A DNA stretch of 64,000 bases from Oscillospiraceae bacterium (GTDB taxonomy: Bacteria > Bacillota > Clostridia > Oscillospirales > Ruminococcaceae), in the NCBI GenBank assembly GCA_017396665.1, contig JAFQLH010000035.1:3206-67205 (forward strand). The letters run 5' to 3'. Both the position numbers and the translations under genes were made by a program. Positions 37,861 to 46,566 of the stretch are shown piece by piece. Positions within the stretch are counted from its first letter, which is position 1. Each line of letters begins with the position of its first letter. The notes under the pieces are model-generated. The model saw only the letters and a program-made list of their open reading frames with translations, was not told the DNA's origin and made no database searches.

Positions 37861-38814
37861 ATGAAACCATTTAAACTTAAACCCGCTTTCAAGGATTACA
37901 TTTGGGGCGGGACAAAGCTCCGTGACGATTTCGGCAAGGATTGTGACCTCGATAAGGTCGCAGAAAGCTGGGAGCTTTCCTGCCATAAGGACGGAAACAG
38001 CGTTGTTGTCGGCGGTGAGTTTGACGGACTGACACTCGCAGAGTATATCGAGAAAAACGGCAGACAGGTACTCGGAACAAATTGCGATAAGTTTGAGAAT
38101 TTCCCGATTCTTATAAAGCTCATCGACGCTAAGGATAACCTCTCGGTACAGGTTCACCCAAGCAATGAGTATGCACTCAGAGTTGAAGGTGAGTACGGTA
38201 AAACTGAAATGTGGTATATCGTCGATTGCGATGAGGGAGCAAGTCTCCTCTATGGTTTTAAGAACGAGATTTCAAAGGAAGAGTTTGCACAGAGAATTGC
38301 TGACAATACTCTCTTAGAGGTGACAAATTCTGTCCCTGTAAGGAAGGGCGATGTCTTCTTCATAGAAGCAGGTACTCTCCATGCTATCGGAAAGGGAATA
38401 CTGATAGCTGAAATTCAGCAAAATTCAAATACAACCTACAGAATCTATGACTACGGCAGAGTAGGAAACGACGGAAAGCCAAGAGAGCTCCACGTTGAAA
38501 AAGCAAAGGATGTAACTGTGCTCGGTCCTGCTAAGCAGTACCCTGAAACAGAAACAGAAAGCTTTAATGGATACAGCAAAAAGCTTATGTCATCCTGCGA
38601 CTACTTTACTACCTATGTCCTCGATGTCGAAAGCAAGGCAGAACTTAAAGCTGACGACAAGAGCTTCAATAGTATCCTCGTGCTCGAAGGTGAAGGAAAG
38701 CTCGTTTGTGACAAAGAGCTCAGTTTCAAAAAGGGCGACAGCATATTTGTACCGGCAAATGCAGGCGATTATACAATCGAAGGCAACTGCAAAGCAATAT
38801 TAACTAAAGTCTAA
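37861..38814 (+). CDS. manA: Mannose-6-phosphate isomerase, class I
   Basis: 317 aa with KDYIWGG, SWELSCH, LSVQVHPSNEYA, EMWYI and GTLHAIG, the type I PMI zinc-ligand motifs. Confidence 0.85.
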   Translation: MKPFKLKPAFKDYIWGGTKLRDDFGKDCDLDKVAESWELSCHKDGNSVVVGGEFDGLTLAEYIEKNGRQVLGTNCDKFENFPILIKLIDAKDNLSVQVHPSNEYALRVEGEYGKTEMWYIVDCDEGASLLYGFKNEISKEEFAQRIADNTLLEVTNSVPVRKGDVFFIEAGTLHAIGKGILIAEIQQNSNTTYRIYDYGRVGNDGKPRELHVEKAKDVTVLGPAKQYPETETESFNGYSKKLMSSCDYFTTYVLDVESKAELKADDKSFNSILVLEGEGKLVCDKELSFKKGDSIFVPANAGDYTIEGNCKAILTKV

Positions 38815-38836
38815 AATCAGTAAAGGAGATTATAGT

Positions 38837-39790
38837 ATGAAATATTATATCGGAATTGACCTTGGTGGAACAAACATTAAGGCAGGTGTTGTAGATGAAA
38901 ACTATAACATCATCGCAAAGGCAACCTGCAAGACAAATCTCCCCAGACCTGCTGAGGATATCTGCGCTGATATGGCAAAGGTTTCCCTCGAAGCTGTTGA
39001 AAAGGCAGGGCTTACAGTAGATAATATCGAGTGCATCGGTATCGGTACACCCGGTATCGCAAATTCAGCAGAAGGAATTATCGAGTATTCAAACAACTTA
39101 GGCTTTGATAACGTTCCTGTTGTTGAGCTTATGAGAAAGCATATCGATAAGCCTGTATACGTTGAAAACGACGCAAATGCCGCTGCTTACGGCGAGTTTG
39201 TTGCAGGTGCTGCTAAGGGCGCTAATAATGCAGTTGCAATAACACTCGGCACAGGCGTAGGCGGAGGAATTATTATAAACGGAAAGATTTATTCCGGCTC
39301 AAATTTCGCAGGTGCTGAAATCGGTCATATGGTAATCGAGGTAGACGGCCCACAGTGTACATGTGGCAGAAAGGGATGCTTTGAAGTGTTCTCATCTGCA
39401 ACTGGTCTCATCAGAATGACCAAGGAAGCTATGGAAGCTGACAAGTCATCTGCAATGTGGGAAATGTCAAAGGAAGACGACCATATCTCAGCAAGACTCC
39501 CGTTCAATGCAATGAGAGCAGGCGATAAGGCTGCTACTGAAGTCGTAAATAAGTATATCAAGTACCTCGCAGCAGGTATCACAAATACAATCAATATCTT
39601 CCAGCCTGATATCCTCTGTATCGGCGGCGGTGTGTGCAACGAGGGTGACCCTCTCCTCGTTCCTATGAAGGAGCTTGTTGCTAAGGAAGTGTACACAAGA
39701 GCTTCTAAGAAGAATACAAAGATTGTTATCGCAAGTCTCGGCAATGATGCAGGTATTATCGGTGCAGCATTCCTCGGACTTTCAAAGTAA
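38837..39790 (+). CDS. glcK: ROK-family glucokinase
   Basis: 317 aa with GIDLGGTNIK, ENDANAAAYGE and HMVIEVDGPQCTCGRKGCFE (ROK zinc motif). Confidence 0.85.
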   Translation: MKYYIGIDLGGTNIKAGVVDENYNIIAKATCKTNLPRPAEDICADMAKVSLEAVEKAGLTVDNIECIGIGTPGIANSAEGIIEYSNNLGFDNVPVVELMRKHIDKPVYVENDANAAAYGEFVAGAAKGANNAVAITLGTGVGGGIIINGKIYSGSNFAGAEIGHMVIEVDGPQCTCGRKGCFEVFSSATGLIRMTKEAMEADKSSAMWEMSKEDDHISARLPFNAMRAGDKAATEVVNKYIKYLAAGITNTINIFQPDILCIGGGVCNEGDPLLVPMKELVAKEVYTRASKKNTKIVIASLGNDAGIIGAAFLGLSK

Positions 39791-39805
39791 CGAGAGGTAA
39801 GTGTT

Positions 39806-40528
39806 ATGGGGTTTTTCGATAAGCTTATAAAAGCTGCTAAAACCGTAAGCGATATCATGGATAATGCAAACGGCAATAACCAGAACAGAACACAGAATAC
39901 ATCTGCTGCAACAACACCGGCCCCTGTAGCTCAGTCTCCAAAGCCGGCTTCACGTCCGGCAACTCCAAAGACTGCCGATAAAAAGACAAAGCAGCATTAC
40001 TTCGATTTTGCAAATGCTCAGCCACTTGCTGAAAAGACCTTTACAGGAACATATTTTGATGGCGACGAAAACGGAAATGACTATCAGATAGACTATTCGT
40101 TCATGGCTACCGAAGATTTCCAGGAGGTTGATTCAGGTGCAGCAGAAATTGATATGATGCTTTGCTTCCACGGAGACGGCGAGGATATACTTGAGCTCAG
40201 CTATTGTCCGCCAAGTATCATTATTTGTGACGCACCTGAAAAGCAGGTTATAAATCCTGTCAAGAAGTGCCTCGACGGTGAATCTGCTGACAACGTTATG
40301 ATGTTTATGAAGGTCAGCGATATCCCTATAGCTAGCTGTAAAGCAAAGGTCAAGGCTTTCGGTCAGATATATTATCTGTACGTAGTAAAGAGAGGTCTTG
40401 ACGACCATATGCAGTATATCGGCGCTTGCTATGGCGTTGACGCTGTCGGCACAGCTCTCGAGCAGAGAATGGTTGACGCCGTTGATACTGTTGTCAGAAC
40501 GTATAATGAAACACCAAAGAAGTGTTAA
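39806..40528 (+). CDS. Hypothetical protein with a low-complexity N/Q/P/T-rich N-terminal third
   Basis: 240-aa ORF with a GAGAGG RBS. I recognise no motifs. Confidence 0.5.
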   Translation: MGFFDKLIKAAKTVSDIMDNANGNNQNRTQNTSAATTPAPVAQSPKPASRPATPKTADKKTKQHYFDFANAQPLAEKTFTGTYFDGDENGNDYQIDYSFMATEDFQEVDSGAAEIDMMLCFHGDGEDILELSYCPPSIIICDAPEKQVINPVKKCLDGESADNVMMFMKVSDIPIASCKAKVKAFGQIYYLYVVKRGLDDHMQYIGACYGVDAVGTALEQRMVDAVDTVVRTYNETPKKC

Positions 40529-40557
40529 TGATTTTATAACAGAAAGGTTGATTTGAC

Positions 40558-41157
40558 ATGGCATTCAAAGTAAAAAAGACAAAGAAGCAGAGAATACTCG
40601 GAGCACTCTCATTGATTCTGTTCCTGTTCGTAGCATTTTGTATCATCTATTTCCTTACATACTTCTTCACACTTCCTTCAACAACACACGAAGGTCAGAA
40701 GATTATTGAGTCCGACTGGTATATCGAGCTCGGCTCAAGCAATGAGTATGTATATGCACCTGAGCAGGGAATAAAGTTCACTTTCAAGGATAACGGCAGA
40801 TTCTCAATCGAGTATGAAGACGGCGAAAAGATTGCAAGCGGCTTCTTCAAAATTAAGCTCGATGACGATACAACAGAAGGTTCTTCAGGTACAATCAAGC
40901 TCCTTACAGTTCCTTTTATGCAGAACTTCCCTAAGGAATGGGGCTTCGGCGAGCTCAGAAATGACCTCCTGTTCAGCTTTGAGTATACAAAGAAGGATGA
41001 GGACGGAATCATCATCTATAAGGACAAGGATAATAACGTAATGAGTGACGTAATGCAGATTACAACTGACGATTCACTCTTCACTATTGTCCGTGAAGGC
41101 TCAGAGGACTTTGCTCTCTATACTACTTCAAACAAGACTTCAACAACTGAGGAATAA
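40558..41157 (+). CDS. Hypothetical membrane-anchored protein
   Basis: 199 aa with a single N-terminal TM segment (ILGALSLILFLFVAFCIIYFLTYFF) followed by a soluble domain. I recognise no motifs. Confidence 0.5.
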   Translation: MAFKVKKTKKQRILGALSLILFLFVAFCIIYFLTYFFTLPSTTHEGQKIIESDWYIELGSSNEYVYAPEQGIKFTFKDNGRFSIEYEDGEKIASGFFKIKLDDDTTEGSSGTIKLLTVPFMQNFPKEWGFGELRNDLLFSFEYTKKDEDGIIIYKDKDNNVMSDVMQITTDDSLFTIVREGSEDFALYTTSNKTSTTEE

Positions 41158-41168
41158 GGAGAATAACA

Positions 41169-42446
41169 GTGAAGCTGCTTCTTAAAAATATGCGTATCGC
41201 TGAAACTGCTGTAAGTGATTGCGAAGTAAGCGATGTGCTGATTGAAAACGGAGTGATTTCAAAGGTAGCAACATCCATTTCCTGCGATGCCGACAGAGTT
41301 ATCGACGGAGAAGGAAAGCTCTTTGTTGCACCGGGACTTGTTGATATGCATGTCCACTTCAGAGACCCCGGCTTTACCTATAAGGAGGATGTCCTTACAG
41401 GTGCACAAGCCGCAAAAGCAGGCGGTGTCACAACGGTCTGCTGTATGCCTAACACCAAGCCGACAATTGATAATGCTGAAACTGTCAGCTATATAATCAA
41501 TAAGGCTAAGGGTACAGGCGTAAAGGTCTATCCCGTAGGCTCAATCACAAAAGGACTTTCCGGCAAGGAGCTTTGTGACTATGAGGAGCTCAAGGCTTCA
41601 GGCGTTATAGCAATTTCCGATGACGGCAGACCTGTTGAAAATGCCGAGTATATGAGAAAGGCTCTCGAAATGTCAAATGATAACGGACTCTGTGTTATCT
41701 CACATTGCGAAGACCTCAATATTATAAACGGCGGTATAATAAATAAGGGCAAGGTGTCTGAAAAGCTCGGCGTAAAGGGTATGGACAGAGCATCTGAGGA
41801 CTATATCACAGCAAGAGAAATAGCACTCGCTATGTCGTGCGATGCAAGAATCCATATCGCTCACGTTTCTACCAAGGGCTCTGTAAATATCATCAGAGCA
41901 GCTAAAAAGGACGGTGTCAAGGTTACCTGCGAAACCTGTCCTCACTATTTTACCTATACCGATGAAAAGCTTTTAAGCCGTGATGCGGATTACAGAATGA
42001 GTCCTCCGCTTCGTGAGGAAGATGACAGAATTGCTGTCGAGCAGGCGGTTATCGACGGTACAATCGACTGTATCGTTACCGACCACGCTCCGCATTCCGC
42101 CGAGGATAAGGCGGACTTCCTTACAGCACCGAACGGTGTTGTTGGCCTTGAAACATCTCTCGCAGTAACACTTACTCAGCTCTATCATACAAGCAAGCTT
42201 TCAATGAGCGAAATTATAAATAGAATGGCTGTCCGTCCAAGAGAAATTCTCGGACTTGAAGGTGTTTCTGTAAAGGAAGGAAGTATTGCCGACCTTACAG
42301 TTTTTGATGCAGACTATGAATGGATAGTCGAGCCACAGAAACTCAGTTCAAAATCGAAAAACTCTGTGTTCAAGGGCGAAAAGCTCAAGGGCAGAGCAAT
42401 TTATACAATAACAGACGGTAATATCGTTTTTGAGCTAAACGATTAA
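41169..42446 (+). CDS. pyrC: Dihydroorotase
   Basis: 425 aa with a GTG start. It has GLVDMHVHFRDPG, and HVST and DHAPH motifs. Confidence 0.9.
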   Translation: MKLLLKNMRIAETAVSDCEVSDVLIENGVISKVATSISCDADRVIDGEGKLFVAPGLVDMHVHFRDPGFTYKEDVLTGAQAAKAGGVTTVCCMPNTKPTIDNAETVSYIINKAKGTGVKVYPVGSITKGLSGKELCDYEELKASGVIAISDDGRPVENAEYMRKALEMSNDNGLCVISHCEDLNIINGGIINKGKVSEKLGVKGMDRASEDYITAREIALAMSCDARIHIAHVSTKGSVNIIRAAKKDGVKVTCETCPHYFTYTDEKLLSRDADYRMSPPLREEDDRIAVEQAVIDGTIDCIVTDHAPHSAEDKADFLTAPNGVVGLETSLAVTLTQLYHTSKLSMSEIINRMAVRPREILGLEGVSVKEGSIADLTVFDADYEWIVEPQKLSSKSKNSVFKGEKLKGRAIYTITDGNIVFELND

Positions 42447-42471
42447 AGCCGATATAAAGGAGGAGCTCACT

Positions 42472-43407
42472 ATGTCTTTTGACAGACTCATCGAAAAAAT
42501 TGTAAAGCTTCAGAACCCTACTGTTGTAGGACTTGACCCAAAGCTTGACTATGTTCCGTCATTTATTAAGGAAAAGAAGTTTGATAAGTACGGAAAAACA
42601 TTCAAGGCGGCTGCAAAGGCTATCCTTACCTATAATAAGGGAATTATCGACGAAATCTGCGATATCGTTCCTGCAATAAAGCCACAGGCAGCTTACTACG
42701 AAATGTACGGCTGGGAAGGCGTTAAGACACTTTACAAGACTATAGAGTACGCTAAGTCAAAGGGGATGTATGTTATCACAGACGGTAAGAGAAACGATAT
42801 CGGTGCTACAATGGAAGCATATGCGACTGCTCACCTCGGACTCACAGACGTAGGCGGAGAAATGCTCGAAGCTTTCGGCGCTGACGCTCTTACAGTAAAC
42901 GGATACCTCGGTACAGACGGTATCTCTCCACTTCTTGAGCAGTGCAGAAACAGAGACAAGGGTATCTTTGTCCTCGTAAAGACCTCCAATAAGTCTTCCG
43001 GCGAGCTCCAGGATAAGCTCCTTGGCGATAAGGAAGTTTACGCTGTTATGGGCGATATGTGTGAAAAGTGGGGAAGCGAAGCTATGGGTAAGCTCGGCTA
43101 TTCATCAGTTGGTGCAGTAGTTGGTGCAACATATCCACAGCAGCTCGAACAGATGAGAGCCGCTCTCCCTAATACATTCTTCCTTGTCCCCGGTTATGGT
43201 GCGCAGGGTGGCGGAGCTGAAGGTGTAGCAAAGGCATTCGACAAGAACGGTCTCGGTGCTATCATCAACTCCTCAAGAGCTGTTATGTGTGCATACCAGA
43301 AGGAAGGCTGCGACGAGCAGGATTATGCTAAGGCAGCCAGACGTGAGGTCATCAGAATGAAGGAGGATATCATTTCCTATCTTCCAAAGATTACTCTCGG
43401 AGAATAA
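42472..43407 (+). CDS. pyrF: Orotidine-5'-phosphate decarboxylase (type 2, long form)
   Basis: 311 aa with VGLDP, TDGKRNDIG and LVPGYGAQGG. Confidence 0.9.
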   Translation: MSFDRLIEKIVKLQNPTVVGLDPKLDYVPSFIKEKKFDKYGKTFKAAAKAILTYNKGIIDEICDIVPAIKPQAAYYEMYGWEGVKTLYKTIEYAKSKGMYVITDGKRNDIGATMEAYATAHLGLTDVGGEMLEAFGADALTVNGYLGTDGISPLLEQCRNRDKGIFVLVKTSNKSSGELQDKLLGDKEVYAVMGDMCEKWGSEAMGKLGYSSVGAVVGATYPQQLEQMRAALPNTFFLVPGYGAQGGGAEGVAKAFDKNGLGAIINSSRAVMCAYQKEGCDEQDYAKAARREVIRMKEDIISYLPKITLGE

Positions 43408-43414
43408 AATATAG

Positions 43415-43443
43415 GCAGGCGGTTTGTTTTACCGCCTGTTTGT
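43415..43443 (+). terminator. Intercistronic hairpin plus U-tract between pyrF and pyrK (terminator/attenuator-like)
   Basis: caggcggt-ttgtttt-accgcctg forms an 8-bp stem followed by tttgtg. It lies inside the 5' end of the track's over-extended pyrK ORF. Confidence 0.5.
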
Positions 43444-43453
43444 GCGTAAAATA

Positions 43454-44242
43454 ATGAAAGGAATGATACTTTTGTATACACAGGGCAGATATCCAATCAT
43501 AAAAAAATCTGCAATAGCTAAGGGTGTGTTTGATTTTACAATCCTTTGTCCTGAAATTGCAGCAGCAGCCCAGGCCGGCCAGTTTGCACAGGTAGCGGCT
43601 GACGGATTCTTCCTCCGCAGACCAATCTCTATCTGTGATATCGATAAGAATAAAGGTACAATAAGACTCGTTTTCGAGGTAAGAGGTAAGGGTACTGATA
43701 AGATTTCTCAGATTTCCTGCGGAGACCTTATAGACATTATCGCTCCGCTCGGTAACGGCTTCAAGAAGATTGAAGGCGGTAAGGCAATCTGTATCGGCGG
43801 CGGAATAGGTACTCCTCCAATGGTCGGAATCGCAAAGGAATACGGCGAAAATGCTACCGCTATAAGCGGCTTCAGAAATAGCTCAATCGCTATTTTGCAG
43901 GATGATTTCAAGGCAATGGGCGCTAAAACAATCCTCTGTACAGATGACGGAAGTGCTGGTATCCACGGCTTTGTTACTGATGCTCTCAAGAATGTGCTTG
44001 CAAACGAAAACGCTGATATAATCTATGCCTGCGGTCCTATGGGTATGCTTAAGGCAATCGTCGATATCGCAGAGGAAAACGGTATCGAGTGTCAGGTATC
44101 CTTGGAGCAGAGAATGGGCTGCGGAGTAGGTGCTTGCCTCGTTTGTGCTTGCAGAACAGTCAAGGACGGCAAGGAAATCTATTCCCACGTCTGCAAGGAC
44201 GGACCTGTATTCGATAGCAAGGAGGTAGTTTTCGGTGAGTAA
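43454..44242 (+). CDS. pyrK: Dihydroorotate dehydrogenase B electron-transfer subunit
   Basis: It has AGQFAQV, RPISI and a C-terminal CGVGACLVCAC...C 2Fe-2S motif. The start is ambiguous among ATG 43454, ATG 43463 and TTG 43472, but it must lie after the hairpin. The track start at 43424 sits in the hairpin loop. Confidence 0.85.
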   Translation: MKGMILLYTQGRYPIIKKSAIAKGVFDFTILCPEIAAAAQAGQFAQVAADGFFLRRPISICDIDKNKGTIRLVFEVRGKGTDKISQISCGDLIDIIAPLGNGFKKIEGGKAICIGGGIGTPPMVGIAKEYGENATAISGFRNSSIAILQDDFKAMGAKTILCTDDGSAGIHGFVTDALKNVLANENADIIYACGPMGMLKAIVDIAEENGIECQVSLEQRMGCGVGACLVCACRTVKDGKEIYSHVCKDGPVFDSKEVVFGE

Positions 44243-45146
44243 TTTAAAGGTTAGTGTAGCCGGCGTTGAATTTAAAAACCCTATTATCCCCGCAAGTGGT
44301 GCCTTCGGCTACGGCAGAGAATATGAACAGTTCTACCCACTCTCAATACTCGGAGGTATCTCTGTAAAGGGTACAACACTCCACAGACGTGAAGGAAACC
44401 CACCTCCGAGAGTTGCTGAAACTCCAAGCGGTATGCTCAATTCAGTCGGACTCCAGAATGGCGGTGCTGAAAAGTTTTTAAACTATGAGCTTCCAAACCT
44501 CGCAACAAAGGATACAAGAATTATCGCCAATATCGCAGGTGCCACTGTCGAAGAGTGTGCACAGCTTGCAGGTATGATGAACGGAACTGCCGTTGACATG
44601 GTTGAGCTTAATATCTCTTGCCCTAACGTTAAGCACGGCGGCGCAGCATTCGGTACAAATCCCGTAACTGCTGCTGAAATTACTGCTGCTGTAAGAAAGG
44701 CAACAGATAAGCCTCTTATGGTAAAGCTCTCTCCGAATGTTACCGATATTACTGAGATTGCTAAGGCTGTCGAAGCCGCTGGTGCAGATGCAGTTTCTCT
44801 CATCAATACTCTCCTCGGTATGAGAATAGATATTAAAACAGGCAGACCAATACTCAAGAATAATGTAGGCGGACTCTCAGGTCCTGCTGTATTCCCGATT
44901 GCAGTAAGAATGGTTTGGCAGGTGTATAACGCTGTCAATATTCCAATCGTAGGTATGGGCGGTATCGCAACCGCAGAGGACGTTATCGAAATGATGATGG
45001 CCGGTGCAAAGGCTGTACAGATTGGTGCGGCTCTGTTCTCTGACCCGTTCGCCCTTGTAAAGATTATCGAAGGACTCAACGAGTATTGTGATGCTAACGG
45101 AATAAAGAATCTTGCTGACATCACAGGTACAGTGAAGCCTTGGTAA
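44235..45146 (+). CDS. pyrD: Dihydroorotate dehydrogenase B catalytic subunit
   Basis: 303 aa with NPIIPASGAFGYG, ELNISCPN and GMGGI. It overlaps the pyrK stop by 8 nt. Confidence 0.9.
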   Translation: MSNLKVSVAGVEFKNPIIPASGAFGYGREYEQFYPLSILGGISVKGTTLHRREGNPPPRVAETPSGMLNSVGLQNGGAEKFLNYELPNLATKDTRIIANIAGATVEECAQLAGMMNGTAVDMVELNISCPNVKHGGAAFGTNPVTAAEITAAVRKATDKPLMVKLSPNVTDITEIAKAVEAAGADAVSLINTLLGMRIDIKTGRPILKNNVGGLSGPAVFPIAVRMVWQVYNAVNIPIVGMGGIATAEDVIEMMMAGAKAVQIGAALFSDPFALVKIIEGLNEYCDANGIKNLADITGTVKPW

Positions 45147-45158
45147 AGGAGAAAGCAT

Positions 45159-45686
45159 ATGAGTATCTTTTCAGTTTTATTTGGTAAGAAAACTAAGCCG
45201 AGTATTATGTCTGACAATCTTATGATTGATATGAACCAGCTTGGCATCTATGTCGATAATCACCAAATTCAGCTTCCTTGTAATATAAAAGAGCTTGAGG
45301 CTGTCTTTGGCGGTGCAAGAAAGGTAAGCACTAAGGTCGGCATGAACTATTACTGGGATAATACAGGCGTAATGTGTTATACACGTAACGGTAAAACTGT
45401 GCATACCATTGCAGTAAAGGTTAATAAATCAGAGCTTTCTACTTCAGATGATAATAAGATGATGCTCTATAGAGGAAGACTAACGGTAAACGGAATGGAC
45501 TGGGAAGCTGTTATGAGACAGGGCAGTAATACTGAGTTCTTTTACAGAATTACTCTCGGAAGATTGTCGGCAGTTGCCGAGTACGGCGATTTTATGGATG
45601 ATACTGTCCTTAGCGGCGTCGAGATTACAAGCGATTCTACAATTGATGCAAACTTTGAAAGCATTGCAAAGGAGTTTCCGGTATGA
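45159..45686 (+). CDS. Hypothetical protein (175 aa)
   Basis: The ORF has an AAAGGAG RBS, sits between pyrD and ruvX, and overlaps the ruvX start by 4 nt. I recognise no motifs. Confidence 0.5.
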   Translation: MSIFSVLFGKKTKPSIMSDNLMIDMNQLGIYVDNHQIQLPCNIKELEAVFGGARKVSTKVGMNYYWDNTGVMCYTRNGKTVHTIAVKVNKSELSTSDDNKMMLYRGRLTVNGMDWEAVMRQGSNTEFFYRITLGRLSAVAEYGDFMDDTVLSGVEITSDSTIDANFESIAKEFPV

Positions 45687-46123
45687 AAATAATGGCTGTT
45701 GATTATGGCGACGCAAGAACAGGTATCGCTGTCTGTGACAGAACCGAGTTCCTCGCTTCTCCGATTGGAACGCTTGAGGAGTGGAATGCACAGATATTGT
45801 GTATGAAGATTGCACACCTTGCACAGCAGTATGAGGTAGGGGAGATAGTTGTCGGATATCCTAAGAATATGAATGGTTCAGTAGGCCCGAGAGCTCAGAA
45901 GTGTGAGGCTTTTGCCGATATGCTCTCTGCAGTGACCGAGGTTCCCGTAAAGCTCTGGGATGAACGCTCTACAACAGTTGCCGCTCATAACTACCTTAAC
46001 GAAACAAATGTACGTGGTAAAAAGCGTAAGGAAGTAGTTGACCAGGTAGCCGCAACAATTATCCTTGAAAGCTATCTCGATTATAGAAGAAAGAAAAAGG
46101 CTCAGCCATCTTCCGAAGGATAA
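45683..46123 (+). CDS. ruvX: Holliday junction resolvase-like protein RuvX (YqgF)
   Basis: 146 aa with MAVDYGDARTGIAV, GYPKNMNGS and ERSTT. Confidence 0.9.
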   Translation: MKIMAVDYGDARTGIAVCDRTEFLASPIGTLEEWNAQILCMKIAHLAQQYEVGEIVVGYPKNMNGSVGPRAQKCEAFADMLSAVTEVPVKLWDERSTTVAAHNYLNETNVRGKKRKEVVDQVAATIILESYLDYRRKKKAQPSSEG

Positions 46124-46136
46124 AGTGAGGGATTAT

Positions 46137-46325
46137 ATGTCTGCTCAGAAAGTAACAAATTGCGAAAACTGCAGAAACTATGTCTATGACGATGAGTGTG
46201 ACTGCTATGTTTGTATGGTGAATCTCGATGAGGACGAAATGTACAGATTCATAAGCGGAACAAACTATTCATGCCCGTATTTCGACCTCGACGACGAGTA
46301 TGCGATTGTAAGAAAACAAAACTGA
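46137..46325 (+). CDS. Small Cys-rich protein (62 aa), putative zinc-binding
   Basis: MSAQKVTNCENCRNYVYDDECDCYVCMVNLDEDEMYRFISGTNYSCPYF has six Cys. ATG 46137 is preceded by a GTGAGGG RBS. The track start at 46065 overlaps ruvX. Confidence 0.55.
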   Translation: MSAQKVTNCENCRNYVYDDECDCYVCMVNLDEDEMYRFISGTNYSCPYFDLDDEYAIVRKQN

Positions 46326-46332
46326 TATACGT

Positions 46333-46366
46333 AAAGCAACAGGTTATATACCTGTTGCTTTTTTAT
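46333..46366 (+). terminator. Rho-independent terminator (12-bp perfect stem)
   Basis: aaagcaacaggt-tatat-acctgttgcttt followed by tttatt. Confidence 0.85.
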
Positions 46367-46481
46367 TGGCAACGTTTACTTTCTTAATCTATAAAAATTA
46401 AAGCTTTACTATGGATATTTTGCACAACGAAAACCTTTACGAAATTGCGAAAATTCATATGCTTTTTATCTTCAAAACCCA

Positions 46482-46510
46482 TTGACTTTGGGATGTTTAA
46501 AGTATATACT
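46482..46510 (+). promoter_or_regulatory. Promoter for the ABC exporter pair: TTGACT-17-TATACT
   Basis: ttgact ttgggatgtttaaagta tatact. Confidence 0.6.
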
Positions 46511-46566
46511 ACACTTAGTGTTTTGAAAGAAATATAGTAATTATTGAACGTAAAGGAGGAGTGAAT

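Noticed and set aside
41100-43450. Looked for PyrR-binding loops (A-R-U-C-C-A-G-A-G-A-G-G-like) in the pyrC leader and the pyrF-pyrK junction.
   Set aside because: I found no convincing match by eye. Only the hairpin itself is reported.
44483-45247. 254-aa minus-strand ORF antisense to pyrD. Similar long antisense ORFs occur at 32017-32655, 39325-39876, 7757-8497, 31749-32291 and 52209-52700.
   Set aside because: These are shadow ORFs fully embedded in well-supported genes on the opposite strand. They have low-complexity, Ser/Ile/Leu-rich translations, no RBS and no recognisable motifs.
46407-46481. 24-codon ORF (MDILHNENLYEIAKIHMLFIFKTH) upstream of the ABC exporter, considered as a leader peptide.
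   Set aside because: It has no Shine-Dalgarno sequence. It lies upstream of the predicted promoter (-35 at 46482), so it would not be on the exporter transcript.
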